Under the pieces are notes generated by a model. The model ran no database searches and was not told where the DNA came from. It was given only the letters and a program-made list of their open reading frames with translations. A stretch of DNA of 26,445 nt from Octopus sinensis. Taxonomy: Eukaryota. Position numbers and translations under genes: made by a program. The DNA lies in assembly GCF_006345805.1 (NCBI RefSeq), contig NW_021835576.1, positions 1 through 26,445 on the forward strand, given 5' to 3'. This document shows, one piece after another, positions 1 to 12,137 of this stretch (within the stretch, counting starts at the first letter, position 1; each line of letters starts with the position of its first letter).

Positions 1-139
1 ATAGTAATAACAATAATAATGACAGATCCCGTTTTCCCTTTCTTTTCGTTTCCTTCTCCGTATTTTATTCTCATATTTCGAACTAATACAGACACAGTAA
101 GCCTTGAAGAAAGAAGAGGAAGAGGAGAAAGGAGGAAAA

Positions 140-3100
140 AAAAAAATGGTCCGCAGATAAAACTATCAACAAAAAAAATACAGACGAATATAGATCTGCT
201 AGTCTTAAGAAGCGGCGCTATGAGCAATGCTTAATGTAGTGAACCCTAAACGACAGATCCATCTCCTAATATAAGAATGGATGCTCGTCATGCTTCAAGG
301 TCAACAAATCAAACAATAAACCGCATTGGTCATTGCGCGGATTACAAAAGACCACGTACCCGAAAATTGAACAAATCCTGATTGAAAAATCAGTTACTGG
401 ATCAAATCTTCCCAACACACAGGAGCTGGACGAACCCCACAACCGAATATTCCAACAGATGGCCATCCATGCTCATCACCAATAATCAAAGAAAAGAAGG
501 AAAAATGGTCTAGGGAAGATAATAAAGAAGTTCTCGAGGCCTTCTACCATGCCATATTTCCCCACAGATAAGTCTAGCACTGTACAAGCATAATTAAACT
601 GGAGACAGAAAACACCCTGAAGTAAGACCCTACATAGACAGTAACAAGCTTGCCAATGTTAGAAGAAACATATAAAAAAGAAATTACTGACTGAAGTAGA
701 GATTGATCAGGTTAGACAAGCATATCGGATAAAATGAACGAAGCTGCAGCTAGAGAAGATAATACAAGAGGAAATGATTATAGACCAGCCCAGGGCGGAT
801 ATAAAAACGAAGAGAGGATTGAAAGAGTTAGTATAAGTGATAGGCAAAGTGAAATACGCCCTGAACCAATCATAAACACTAAGACAGATGAGCATTAAAT
901 AGATAAAGAAAGTCACACAAATATTGACCCAACAGAACTACATGAGCTAAAAAATCAAATCATGATTGAATGGCTGAAAATTAAAGAAACCAGCATGGAT
1001 GAGCGTGATACACTTCCTAAAATCCGCAACTCTAACCAAACATGAAAATAATTGGTAAAATCCGGCTTGCACTTAAGGATATAATTTCAGTTAATGATGT
1101 TGATATCACAAACCTCAACCACCTTATACTATGCATCCGCGAAAATCTCAACGATCCTATGTGGTGTAAAGATTAGAAAACGGCAACAGTCCCACAAAAA
1201 GCCTTCTTGGCAAGAGCGTCTGCAACAACAAATTAAAGTATTTAGATCTGACATTGAATATTTGAAAACTTAAGGCTCACAGACTACCAAACCTACAAAA
1301 ACCCAAAAATTACTGAAAAAATACAATATGAAAACTATACTTGATATTGATGCCACCATAGAAACCATCAAACAAAAGGTATCTGCCAAGCTACCCGCAT
1401 AGCGAGGTATGAAAAGCGTGTTAGATTTTTCAAGGACAACAACATGTTCAAAAATAACACCAAGAATTTTTACAGGAAGATAGGAAAAACAGCGTTTACT
1501 GCAGGGTCTGTACCATCAAAAGAAGAAGTGCAGAGATTTTGGAATAAAATCTGGGCAGAAGAAAAAAAACACACAACGAAAAGGCCCCCTGGATTGACAG
1601 AATATCTACAGAACTGGACCCCTTAGAAGAGCAAAAGTGGGAGGGTGTCAAGGTAGAAGATATAAGATCTGCTCTCAGGAGGTCAGCAAATGGAAGTCTC
1701 CAGGAAAGGATAAAATTCCTAACTTCTGGCTGAATGCCTTCCCAGAGAGCCATGAACTGCTAACAGAACTGTACAATGATGTTCTGCAACACCCTAGTAG
1801 GATGCCTCCTTGGCTAGTTAATGGGTTAACATTCCTGCTTCCAAAAAGTGAAGAAACAAATGAACCAAAAAACTATAGACCCATAACCTGCTTAACAACT
1901 ATGTACAAACTCTAACATCTGTCCTGACGGAATATACCTATAGTTTTTTAACAGACAGCAGCATATTCCCTATTGAACAGAAAGGATGTAAACGTGGATC
2001 CTACGGCTGTAAAGACCAACTACTCATCAATAAGATGATCTTAGAAGATTGTCACAACGACACAAAAACTATCAATAGCCTGGATAGACTATAAAAAGGC
2101 TTTTGATAGCCTACCACATAGCTGGATTAGGAAATGCCTTGAAATGTATAAGATAGCACCAACTCTGCGAACTTCTTGACTGTAAGTATGAGATCATGGA
2201 GAACCACACTAAATCTGAACAGTGACAGTGAATCCCTAAATGCTGGTGATGTAAAAATTTCGTGTGGCATTTTCCAGGGTGACTCACTGTCACCACTCCT
2301 CTTTTGTTTATCCTTAATACCTCTCTCAAAGCTGCTCAATGACGCGCAGTACGGGTATAAAATGTTTGATAAAAATATAAATCATCTCGTTTACATGGAT
2401 GATTTAAAGCTTTTTGCAAAAAATGATCAACAACTCAAGGGCTTACTAGCGATAGTCAAACAATTCAGTGACGACATCAGAATGCAATTCGGCCTCGATA
2501 AATGTGCAAAGGCTACCTTTATCAAAGGAAAAAGACAGAAACATCTAACGTTAACCTTGACCAACAGAATGTCATAAAAGAATAGACCCAGCGGAGAGCT
2601 ACAAGTACCTAGGGGTAATTGAAGGGAACGGATAAGGCATTCAGAGTTGAAGGAAAGGATCAGGAGAGAATGCTATCGAAGAGTGAGAGATACTCAAGAC
2701 AGAGCTGAATGCAAGAAAGAGGATCGAAGCAATCAATGCATTAGCTATACCAGTCGTGACTTACAGTTTCAATTTGTTAACTGGTCAATTACTGAAATAT
2801 GTCAGCTCGACAGAAAAATAAGGAAACTGTTGACAATGCATAGAATGCACCACCCTAAGGCAGATACAGAACGACTCTATCTGCCAAGAAAGGAGGGAGG
2901 TCGTGGTCTTTTGCAACTGGCAATAACAATGAAGATTGCTACAATTGGCCTAGACACCTACCTGAAAAAACTCTGAGGACTGGATGTTTAAACTTGTCTC
3001 AAAACATGAAAACAAGAAAGCATCATACTCAGTCACAAAACAGGCAAAGGAATATCTAAGTGAATTCCGAATACAACAATTTCGGATTAGAGATAGACAT

Positions 3101-3769
3101 ACAAGAAACAAGCACAGAAAAGCTAGGCGCATGAAAACCCGTGCTAAAACTGCGGCCTTAGATATTCTGAATAATAAATGGCAAGAAAAACCTCTCTACG
3201 GCAAATACCCAAAGAGAGCGAATAATGCAGATATCGACAAAGCCCTGACCCATCAATGGCTAATGGCCTCTGGCTTAAAATCTGAAACAGAGGTTTATCA
3301 TAGCAGCTCAAGTCAATGCCTACCAACAAGAAACTACCAGGCCAACATATTAAAGATCAGAAGCGGTCCAACGTGTCGTGTATGCAAGCCACAAAATGAA
3401 ACCATTGACCATGTGGTCTCCAAGTGCAGTCTTCTAGCGCCTACAGAGTATCTCAACAGGCACGATAGAGCTGCACATATATTTCACTGGGTAATCTGTA
3501 AAAACCTGGATTTGCCCCATGAAAAAAACTGGTGGGAACACAAACCACCCCCAGTGCTTGAAAATGACCACATCTCACTCCTCTGGAACTTCACCATTCA
3601 AACTGACAGGAAGATAGATGCAAATAGGCGAGACATCATATTGAAAGACTTCAAACAAAGAACATGCCTCCTCATTGATATGACTGTCCCAATCGATATA
3701 AACGTATCTGTCAGGACCTACCAAAAACAGAGCAAATATAAAGATCTTGAAGTAGAAATCAGCAAAATG
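140..3769 (+). mobile_element. R4/Dong-clade non-LTR retrotransposon (RT + C-terminal RLE), decayed and 3'-truncated
   Basis: N-terminal KWSREDNKEVLEAFYHA / NKLANVRR motifs (~500-720); WKSPGKDKIPNFWL, YRPITCL, GIFQGDSLSPLLF, YMDDLKLF RT motifs; CRVC..ETIDHVVSKC..RHD zinc motif; ANRRD..LIDMTVP..SKYKDL RLE. Many stops and frameshifts. 5' boundary approximate. Confidence 0.9.
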
Positions 3770-3826
3770 GAAAGGCCATGGAAAGCTCTTATTTCAATTT
3801 TTTCGATATCATTATTTTGCAAATAT
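3764..3826 (-). pseudogene. Type A LRR exon that lost its 3' end and donor, fused to the R4/Dong LINE (YLQNNDIEKIEIRAFHGLSI...)
   Basis: Acceptor TTTTTTAACAG intact; clear homology to the 25376-25447 exon for ~60 nt, then sequence switches to antisense LINE; no GT at the 72-nt position (3755). Confidence 0.82.
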
Positions 3827-4105
3827 CTGTTAAAAAAGAAGCAGAAGATTAAAAAGGAAGGAAAACTCAAAATGCAAAAGAGAGCAAAACTCGTAGAAGT
3901 GAGAAGTAAAAAGCAAAAACAGAAATGCTAGAAGTAGAATGGAAGGAAGTCGCAGCAGAGAACGAAGAATATGAAGACTAAAGTGAAAAACTTCAGTAAT
4001 GGTGAAGAAATTAAGAGGAGAAAGAGTTCAGAATGAAGGGGGGGAAGATATTACATATTTAGAAATATGTAACGAAATGTTATAAGAAAGAATGATTCTG
4101 CTTAC

Positions 4106-4177
4106 AGAGATGTTAGACTGGACAGATTACGGAAGACGCCTTCTTTGATTTCTTTCATATGATTATCGCTCAAGTAT
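4106..4177 (-). CDS. LRR exon, type B (YLSDNHMKEIKEGVFRNLSSLTSL)
   Basis: Acceptor TTTTATGTTTCAG, donor GTAAGC, 72 nt, phase 2-2. Confidence 0.9.
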
Positions 4178-4382
4178 CTGAAACATAAAACTGAGCTGAT
4201 GAGCAAATGTATAGGATATATTTGTGACAGAATTTGTCTGAGGAATTATATGATGAAAGCAAAAGATTTCAGATCACGATGATGAACAATTCTACGAATT
4301 TCGTGTCACTGATGATGATACTAGTGATGAAAATGTTGATGATTACCAATGAAATATTATCATAAAGACGCATTCTACTTAC

Positions 4383-4399
4383 AGATTTGTACAAGGGTT
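4383..4399 (-). pseudogene. Relic of a type A exon cassette (donor kept, most of exon deleted)
   Basis: 4290-4384 matches 25283-25377 (ending CATTCTACTTACAG) and ~4410-4590 matches ~25610-25790; the ~200 nt between, including most of the exon and its acceptor, are missing. Confidence 0.7.
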
Positions 4400-5741
4400 C
4401 TGCAGGAGGAGGAGGTTTTAAAGGAGATGTCAAACAACGACATCAAAATGCAAAAATGTAACAGAAGGATTAGACAGAGTATGGCGAATACGTGTTTTAC
4501 AAGAGCTAGAAAAGGGATGAAATATGGAAAAAACAAAACGAAGAATATGCGAAGTAAGATCAAAAAGAAGTGAAAATGACGATGTGGATGATGAGGAGGA
4601 TGATAAGAAAGATGTTGTAGAAGAAGAAGGGGAAGAAGAAGGAGAAGGAAAAGGAGAAGAGTAGAAGAAGAAGAAAAAGGAGGAGGAGCGGAGGAGAGTT
4701 GAAGAAGAAGAAGAAATAGATGAAAAACAACAATGACAATAACAACAATAACAAATAAAACGGGTAATTTTAAACGAATCCGATAAGTGGCCATTTATTT
4801 TGACCACCGACAGATGTCGCTCTACATTCCAAGGTTCCAGCCTCTGAAAACAGAAACGAAACACGCTGCTGCGAGAAAAGCCTCCATGTTTTTGTGCTCG
4901 ACTCTGTCAAAAGCTTTCGACTGATCCAAATTGATTAGGGCCCCACCCATATCAAGTTCATTACTCAACCCCTATATGGTGTATTGCGTGATACAGAAAT
5001 CCAATGACAGGTTCATGGTGTTTCCTATTACAACATGGACCTAAGCGTAAACCAAGAATCGGTACCAAACTGGTGGATGCAATTACCTTCTAAAGAACTG
5101 TTTTGGAGAGTTCGAAAAAAAGTACATTGTACTCCACGGCAAATAATAAAAATAATAATAATCATAATAATAATAATCCATGCTATAATGTTGAAAGCTT
5201 TTTATTAATTATGTATGTGACAATTACTAAATAACTAAAAGAAAGCAATTAATAAAGGATGACCGTTGGAAATATTTTTAGAAACTTATGTTATAAGAAA
5301 TGAAGTATAATTTCGATTTCTCAAGTTCATTCAATTTTTTTAATCAAATTTCTCGCAAATTTTAATATTCATTTCATTCATAGCGTTTAATTCTTTACAA
5401 ATTTATGTATTCATTGCCGTCATTGTGGTGTATTCCATTTTCACTTGCAAACTTTTTCACTTCCTCTTTAAAGTCTTAATTTGCTATTTGGAAAACCAAC
5501 AGATTATTCTATCAATGTATATCTAAAATGAAATCATTACTTATTGAAGGATCATTTTATAAAATACCCGTATAATGTTTGAACGCTGGATATCTGTGAG
5601 AAGAGCCTAGAAAGTTGGGTAATAACATATAGAGGAGGAGGAGGAGAAAACATACGCTACCTACAAGTACTCGAAGCTGGCATCCTATTCAGAGTTTCCA
5701 AATGTTAGTTGCACGAGCGAAATAAACAGTGACATTCACAT

Positions 5742-8135
5742 CTGTCTTCAGCCCTTTCAACCTGGTCAACCATACAACGTCTTTCAATAAATATACCAGG
5801 CAAAGAAAACCACCCTGCTATTTCGGTGCGAAGAAAGGCAGCGAAACTATCCTCACAATGGACTGAGTCGATATCTGGATTCGTCTTCCACGTGACAGCA
5901 GATATTCGACATAAACCCACAATTCAGAAAAACAAGGGCACTAAAAGAGAGTGAGAAGAACAGTTTCGTCGCTCTCTGCGTATCTTGGGCATGCTGGGAT
6001 GAATGTTCTTCTGTTTCTAGAATTTACCTCGAACGAGCAGTGCCCCACGGTATCACTTCCAGCCCAAGGATTTCTAGAAATTATGTATAGTCCTTGGCCC
6101 GAAAGTTGTCCGGAACAGACCAGCCAACACGTTCTTGTCGACGCCAAGTGACTCCATGAGAACATCGTCGTACTTACCCGCCATTAACCCTCTACAGGAC
6201 GCCATAACGGAATTTCCACGACCGCATTGCCTGACTGACACAGGAGTGTGGGCGCATGACGACACTCTAGGTGGCCGTCTCCCTTCCTCGGTCTAAGTTT
6301 GATCAGTGAAAAGGAAAAGCAGTGAGAAAACGCTTCTGACAAACGGCGACAACACTTGCTCACCTTCTATGAATCGCTGGAGTTGCTGCAATCTAGCGGG
6401 TGTTGACAGCAAATGGAGCTCCTGACCAGCGGATCACATTCCTTCCACAGAAAGCGGAACACTAGGCGCTGAAGATTGGTCAGTCTTGAGCCGGTAGTAG
6501 ATGACGAATTCGATGGATGGATTTGCAAACTCCACCCGACCTTTCAGGGATAGCCTTCTCGCTCTCTCGTCCAATTTCTTCATCTGGATTTCAGGACCGA
6601 GCCAGGCGCCGATCAATTTAACAGGTTATTCCGTCCAGCGTCCCACAACGCTGTTGGAAGTCATAGATCTGTCTCTCCCAGCGCCGAGTTGCAGGCCCAC
6701 TAACTTCAAGCTAATTGTTGCTCATGTCACATCATCGAGTTCTTTTAGAAAGGTGTCAACCAGGTCCGAATGTTTGGCGTTGAACCTATGGCGGTGAAGT
6801 CGTTTGCATATGCCGACACGGTTCTTCCATGTCTCAGTTTGGGCGGGATACCTCTCACCACCTCTAATTTTCGCTCTAATAGCGTTAGACTGATCATCTC
6901 CTGATGTTGAATGTTTCCAAAATGTAATGATTCACCCAATCTACGACGAGATACCACGGTACATTGCTGCGATCCTAACAAATGCTTTAGGCTGATCTAA
7001 ACTGATCAACGTCCCACTCATGCCAGCTTCATTAACAACACTGTCTATGATATGTCTCATGAGGTGGATGTTGTTGTGGATGGATCTGATTGGGATTGCG
7101 CAAGTACCTTTGCCCAAAATTTTTAAGTCCGCGTTCAGCAGAGTTACCGGCCGAAAAGTTTCTATTCGATCCCTCTTCTTAGAGTTCTTTCTTGGCGGTT
7201 CTCCAATTCCTCGGCTCATAGAACTCGGCTTTCTCCCATTCTGCTGTCAGTGGCGGTAGAAGTCTGCTAAGAAGTCGCCAAACAAATCTGGCATATAATA
7301 GTAAAGCCCAATACGCAGACTATCCAAATCAAGCGATTTGCCTGCCATGCAGCCCATTATCACATCCCGGTGTGACGCATTCAGATTCCAGTAACCGGAT
7401 CCCTGCTGATTGAATCCGGCACACATCCGCTTGGGCTCGAGTATCGTTCGGTCACCTGGATCTACCAAAGACTGAATTGTGGATCTGTTTCTGCGTTGAG
7501 CCTCTGTAAGTCGTTCCCATTGAGCGGCTTTAATTCCCTTTTTTCTTAGAGGACAGCCTTCGCTCTGAGAATGTACCCTTCGTGCTGACGGTTGAACAAT
7601 TCGTCGAGGACCGAACTCGCTGGCTACATGTCGGTTGTAATGCCACTCCTAAGAACCGCTTCTAAGTCCCTAATTTGCTTTTTCTATTTCATTTTTTGTA
7701 TCGCTAGTCCCTTCCTAAACCTAACTGATTCTATTCCAATTGCCATTTTAGGGCTTAACACCATTTATCGTTATGTATTGACCCTGTTAGTACAGGCTTC
7801 TGACCTGTTTTGCGAGACTTCTGCATCCACCTACTCTATCCGCTAGCTCTAAACGGTCCAAACGTGACTGTAAGACAGCGTTCCAGTTGCCCATAAGCTC
7901 TAAAGGACGAAACGTTCTGAGAAAACACCTTCCAGGAGTTTGAAGTATTCCGGGTGCCTTGTTCCTGTAGGAGGATAGACAGCCACCAGCGTGAAGCCAC
8001 CCCTGTCACTCCTCATCACATCCTGGATGACTAACTTTCCGTCTGAGTCAAGGAAGATAGTGTTTATCTCGAGATCCAAGTTCTCCGAGGCAACACAGCA
8101 GTTCCGCCTCCCATTCCCTTCTAACACGGAAATAA
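5742..8135 (-). mobile_element. L1-clade (Tx1-like) non-LTR retrotransposon, heavily deleted
   Basis: APE fragments (FTLVAVYPP; LMGNWNAV; GYWNLNAS), RT fragments (FRPVTLLNADLKIL; CAIPIRSIHNNIHLMR; LISLDQPKAF; VSAYAND) and C-terminal WLTRLKGLKTD, in collinear order with frameshifts and deletions. Confidence 0.85.
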
Positions 8136-8353
8136 ATAGAAGCAAATAATGTTGTTGCTTTAATGATTTTTCTCTCCTCTGTTTGACACGGAAATGGTGG
8201 CAGTGTCCAACTTTACTAGTGTTTCACGTTTTCTCTTCACTTTCCTTCTTATTGTTGTTACTCTAGCTGGTCCTCCTGACGATAGTATTGGTAGCGGTCT
8301 TAGTGTTCTCCTCCGCCTTCATGTTTCCATCGTTGTTCATTGTGTTGATGCTG

Positions 8354-8385
<32 letters not shown>

Positions 8386-8499
8386 GTTGCTGCTGCTATT
8401 CTTCCTCTCATTCTCAACCATATTTGGTAGTGGAGGGAAAGACATTTCTGAAGATATAAACTCCGTGAGCAGAGTAGCGTCAATAATTGACATTGAAAA

Positions 8500-9130
8500 G
8501 AAATGGAAAACTTAAATATGAATGGAAATTCGAAAACGTTAGGAAGAATGGAATTGAAGAACTGAAGCAGCCCATAAATGCAAAATAAGCAAAGTTTTGA
8601 ATAGGTTTGAATAATGGATTAAGCAATACCAGCCAAACAAATTATTTAGAAGTGACCAAAAAAAGATTTTGACCTGAGAATAATGACGATAAAAAACGTA
8701 CAAGATTAGTCCCTGATGCTGATAAAATTCGACTTTTCTGGGATAAAGTATGGTGTAAGCATGTATAGCATAATACTACAGCTGAATGACTCTGCAACCT
8801 GAAGTAAACAGCTTATCCTCAGCAAGAGGCCACTCACTTCATAGAAGACAGTATTAGAAATATGAGTAAAAATATATGCAATAGGAAAGCATCAAGGCCT
8901 GATGGTGTACAGGGATTTTAGATACAATAGTTCAGTAGTTGCCGTAAATTGAACGGAGAGCAATTAAATGCATTGATTAATGGAAAAGAATAAATCCCAG
9001 GCTGGCTAAGAAGAAGAAGAAGAAGAACGGTGTTGTGCCTGAAGGATGCATCAAAGGGAAATGCAGACGAATTTCCTGCCTCCCGTTAATGTGGAAGTTA
9101 CTGTCAGAATGAATTGCAGAAGCGCTGTAT
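8500..9130 (+). mobile_element. Old relic of an R4/Dong-like element (pre-RT linker to RT domain 1)
   Basis: Frameshifted translation gives EELKQ..., IKQYQPNKLFRSDQ, FWDKVW, NRKASRPDGVQGF, IPGWL and SCLPLMWKLLS, collinear with the same regions of the two larger copies. Confidence 0.7.
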
Positions 9131-9138
9131 ATTAATAA

Positions 9139-9216
<78 letters not shown>

Positions 9217-9233
9217 AATAATAATGATAACGA

Positions 9234-9264
<31 letters not shown>

Positions 9265-9399
9265 AAGAAGAAGAAGAAGAAGAAGAAGAAGAAGAAGAAG
9301 AAGAAGAAGAAGAAGAAGAAGAAGAAGAAGAAGAAGAAGAAGAAGAAGAAGAAGAAGAAGAAGAAGAAGAAGAAGAAGAAGAAGAAGAAGAAGAAGAAG
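9139..9399. repeat. Compound microsatellite: (AAT)~25 then pure (AAG)~55
   Basis: Seen directly; source of the poly-I, poly-L and poly-R ORFs. Confidence 0.97.
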
Positions 9400-9964
9400 A
9401 GATTGTGCCGGAAGAAAATTTAGAAGAAATATTGAAGGAATCATGAAGATTGTGGTCAGGATAACGATGAACTAAATGAAGATAGAATTAATGATAATGC
9501 TTTGGGCGACGATTTAAAATTGAAGGGAACAGAAGAAGGAGACGAAGAAGTACAAGGAAGAAGAGCAACAATTAAAGGACATGTTTAAAAACGATCGTAT
9601 AAAATATGCAGCTCTAAATACACAATTAGAACGGTGAATCAAGAAAGTTATTTACCTTCCATCTAAAGGTAACTGCCGTACATATTATACACATATATTA
9701 ATACACTTGCATATATTTGTGCATAGACCAAGACACGTGCATGCTGTAGATGAATCCCCTCAATTATCAACCTCCCATATATCCCCTTTCAAAAAATGTC
9801 CTCAAACTCACATTCATATCCATTTAAGTATAAGAGATGAATATTGGCAATGTCCTGTACTTGAATACACACACTACACAACACCACACACCACACACAC
9901 ACACACACAATATATATATATATAATATCTATATATATATATATATACATATTTAAATTTAATC

Positions 9965-10400
9965 CAAACATGAAAACACAAAGAGAAAACTCAACAACGT
10001 GAGGAAGTGGAACAAGTAAAGCGTTATTGGACGCTCAGGAAAGAAGGAAATAAGGATGGTCTAACGCTTCGAGCGGAGCTCTTCGTCAGAAACATAGGAA
10101 AAGGAAAGATCCATAGAAGGGAGGACGGAGGAAAAATTGCCGACGGTACACACGCAGTTACATTTTGAATGACCGGAAGGGAATGGGTGAAGAAAAAGTT
10201 ATTTCAAAGACAGGAGAGTGCATTAGGAGGTAGGTGTGTGTAAGTGTGGATATGTGCATGCGCGCAGGTCTGTGTGTGTGTATGTGTGTAACGATAGCAC
10301 GAGTGTATGTGGTTGTGGCTGGGCTTAGTATCGTTTAAGGTCAAGGAAGAATGAAGTAGGAGTGGCTCTTGTGTCTACCTACCCATGTGCGTGGAAGAAT
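9965..10400 (-). mobile_element. Probable Penelope-related non-autonomous repeat / solo pseudo-LTR with a degenerate hammerhead motif
   Basis: Complex non-microsatellite block; minus strand has CTGACGA-A-GAGC-TCC-GCTC-GAAG-CGTTA at ~10056-10093. Boundaries approximate. Confidence 0.45.
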
Positions 10401-10945
10401 GGTCAGTGGCAGGTACTGGTAGTTTGAAGTATGTGTGTGTGTTTTGTCTGTAGTGTGTGTGTGTGTCTGTGTGTATGTATGTGTGTGTTAGTGTGTGTAT
10501 GCGTAGAGGTTGTGTGTGGGGAACATAACTGCTTTACTTTGTGTATGTATGCGTGTGTGCTTGTATGTGCGTATGGGTGTATACATGTATGTATAATGTT
10601 GTGAGTGTATGTATGAGTGTGTGCTGTGTGTATGGGAGCTATGTGTGGGCTCATTTGTGTGTGTATGTGCGTGTAGTTGTGTGTGCGTGCATGTGTGTGT
10701 GTGTGTGCGTGTATGCGTATTAGTGAGTATATACGTGTCTCCGTGAGATGGTGAGTGTCCGGTGTGTGCATTCGTGTGCGCATGTTTGTGAGTGCGTGTG
10801 TGTGTGTCTGGGAGGTGGTTTGGTGGAGTTTGTGTAGGCGTAATGCGTGTGCGAGTGCTTGTGTATGTGCTTACGTGCGTATGTGCATGTATGTGAGTGT
10901 GTGTTTGTGCCCATGTGAGTATGATATATATATATATATAAAGTT
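10400..10945. repeat. Degenerate (TG)n/(TGTA)n tract
   Basis: Seen directly. Confidence 0.9.
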
Positions 10946-11286
10946 GTGTGCAGTATTTTGACCCCCCCTCCCCTTAATTATCCGAATTTGTGGATTTGGA
11001 CTATAAATCATTGTTATATACATTAACAAACATTTCGGACAGAGACATAATTTTACACACACACTGATTCATTCACCTGCATTCACTCAATGGTTCCTCT
11101 GAAATATCATGCATTCAGAATCCAAAACATAGAAATGGGGTTCTACTAGCAATCACAGATTTCCAAAGAAAAAGACACCTCCTTAGAAAGACGGGTGAGC
11201 GAGCCTAAAATTAAGTATGGAAAGACATTACTTATTGAGAAATATATCGTCAACGAAATACTATAAGAAACAATGATTTAGCTGAC

Positions 11287-11358
11287 AGATATGTTAAACT
11301 GGACAGATTTCGGAATCTGTCTACTTTGATTTCTTTGATGTCATAATAACTCAAATAT
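11287..11358 (-). CDS. LRR exon, type B (YLSYYDIKEIKVDRFRNLSSLTYL)
   Basis: Acceptor TAATGTTTCAG, weaker donor GTCAGC, 72 nt, phase 2-2; consensus Asn replaced by Tyr. Confidence 0.8.
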
Positions 11359-11916
11359 CTGAAACATTAAAATGGGTTAAGAAGGAATTGTATAGAACAC
11401 ATCTGCGACAGAAGTTTGGCTAAAATATTGGATGATGGTGGGGTGGATGTAGATCACGATGAAGAGGCCATGAAGATAATGGTTACGATGATAATATTCA
11501 TCATGTTAATGATATGAGAAGGAGGAGGAGGAGGAGGGAAACAAAAGGGAGTAGGTGTTTTGGCAGTGCACGTTGTGGTTGCAGTAGTGATATTTATGGT
11601 GATAAGGTAAAAGAGAAGAGTGAATGGTGTGTAGAAAATTTTATCATTGTGATGATGGAGATGATGGTGTTAATGTTGAATATTCTTGTAATAATAACCG
11701 TGCGGAGCATTTCTATGGTGATGCTGAATATGATATTGATTATAAGGATTCTGGTGGGGATGCTGCTGATATATGACACTCTCATATACCCCACCTCTAA
11801 CAAAAATGCACACACTCACGCACACGCAGATTCCGACAATGAAGGATGGGAAGAAATTACGGCGTTTAGAAATATTACCTCGATGTAATTCTATAAAATC
11901 ATATAATTCTACTTAC

Positions 11917-11960
11917 AGAGTTCTTAAAGAGGACAGATTAAGGAATGAGTGTTTTTTTAC
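11917..11960 (-). pseudogene. 3' part of an LRR exon (VKKHSFLNLSSLRTL) lacking the normal acceptor
   Basis: Donor GTAAGTAGAAT with B-type downstream intron homology; LRR-like 3' codons ending in CT; no AG at the 72-nt position (11988). Confidence 0.72.
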
Positions 11961-12137
11961 CTTGTTAACAATTAACACGGAAAAAATAAATATTTACCAG
12001 GGTAGCAAAAATCTCACAATTAAAGAGGTTGTAACTCCTTGTTTATAAAGGTAAAAACTTCATGTTTACGTGCAATTGTTTGTATAATATATGAATAAAT
12101 AAATGGAGTTTAACGCAGGTATAAATCAAATATTTTT

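Noticed and set aside
4780-5140. Possible RT or SINE relic (SKAFD-like word near 4905)
   Set aside because: A single short motif with no supporting collinear domains.
5320-5525. LRR-like words on the minus strand (FARNLIKKIE; FSK*QIKTL) near a TTTTAG acceptor
   Set aside because: No matching acceptor-donor pair at 72 nt and stops are present; I/N/K/L-rich words arise by chance in AT-rich DNA.
8977-9475. Poly-L, poly-I and poly-R ORFs (also poly-Y/I at 15764-16471 and the ORFs at 24011-25366)
   Set aside because: They are translations of stop-free frames of trinucleotide microsatellites.
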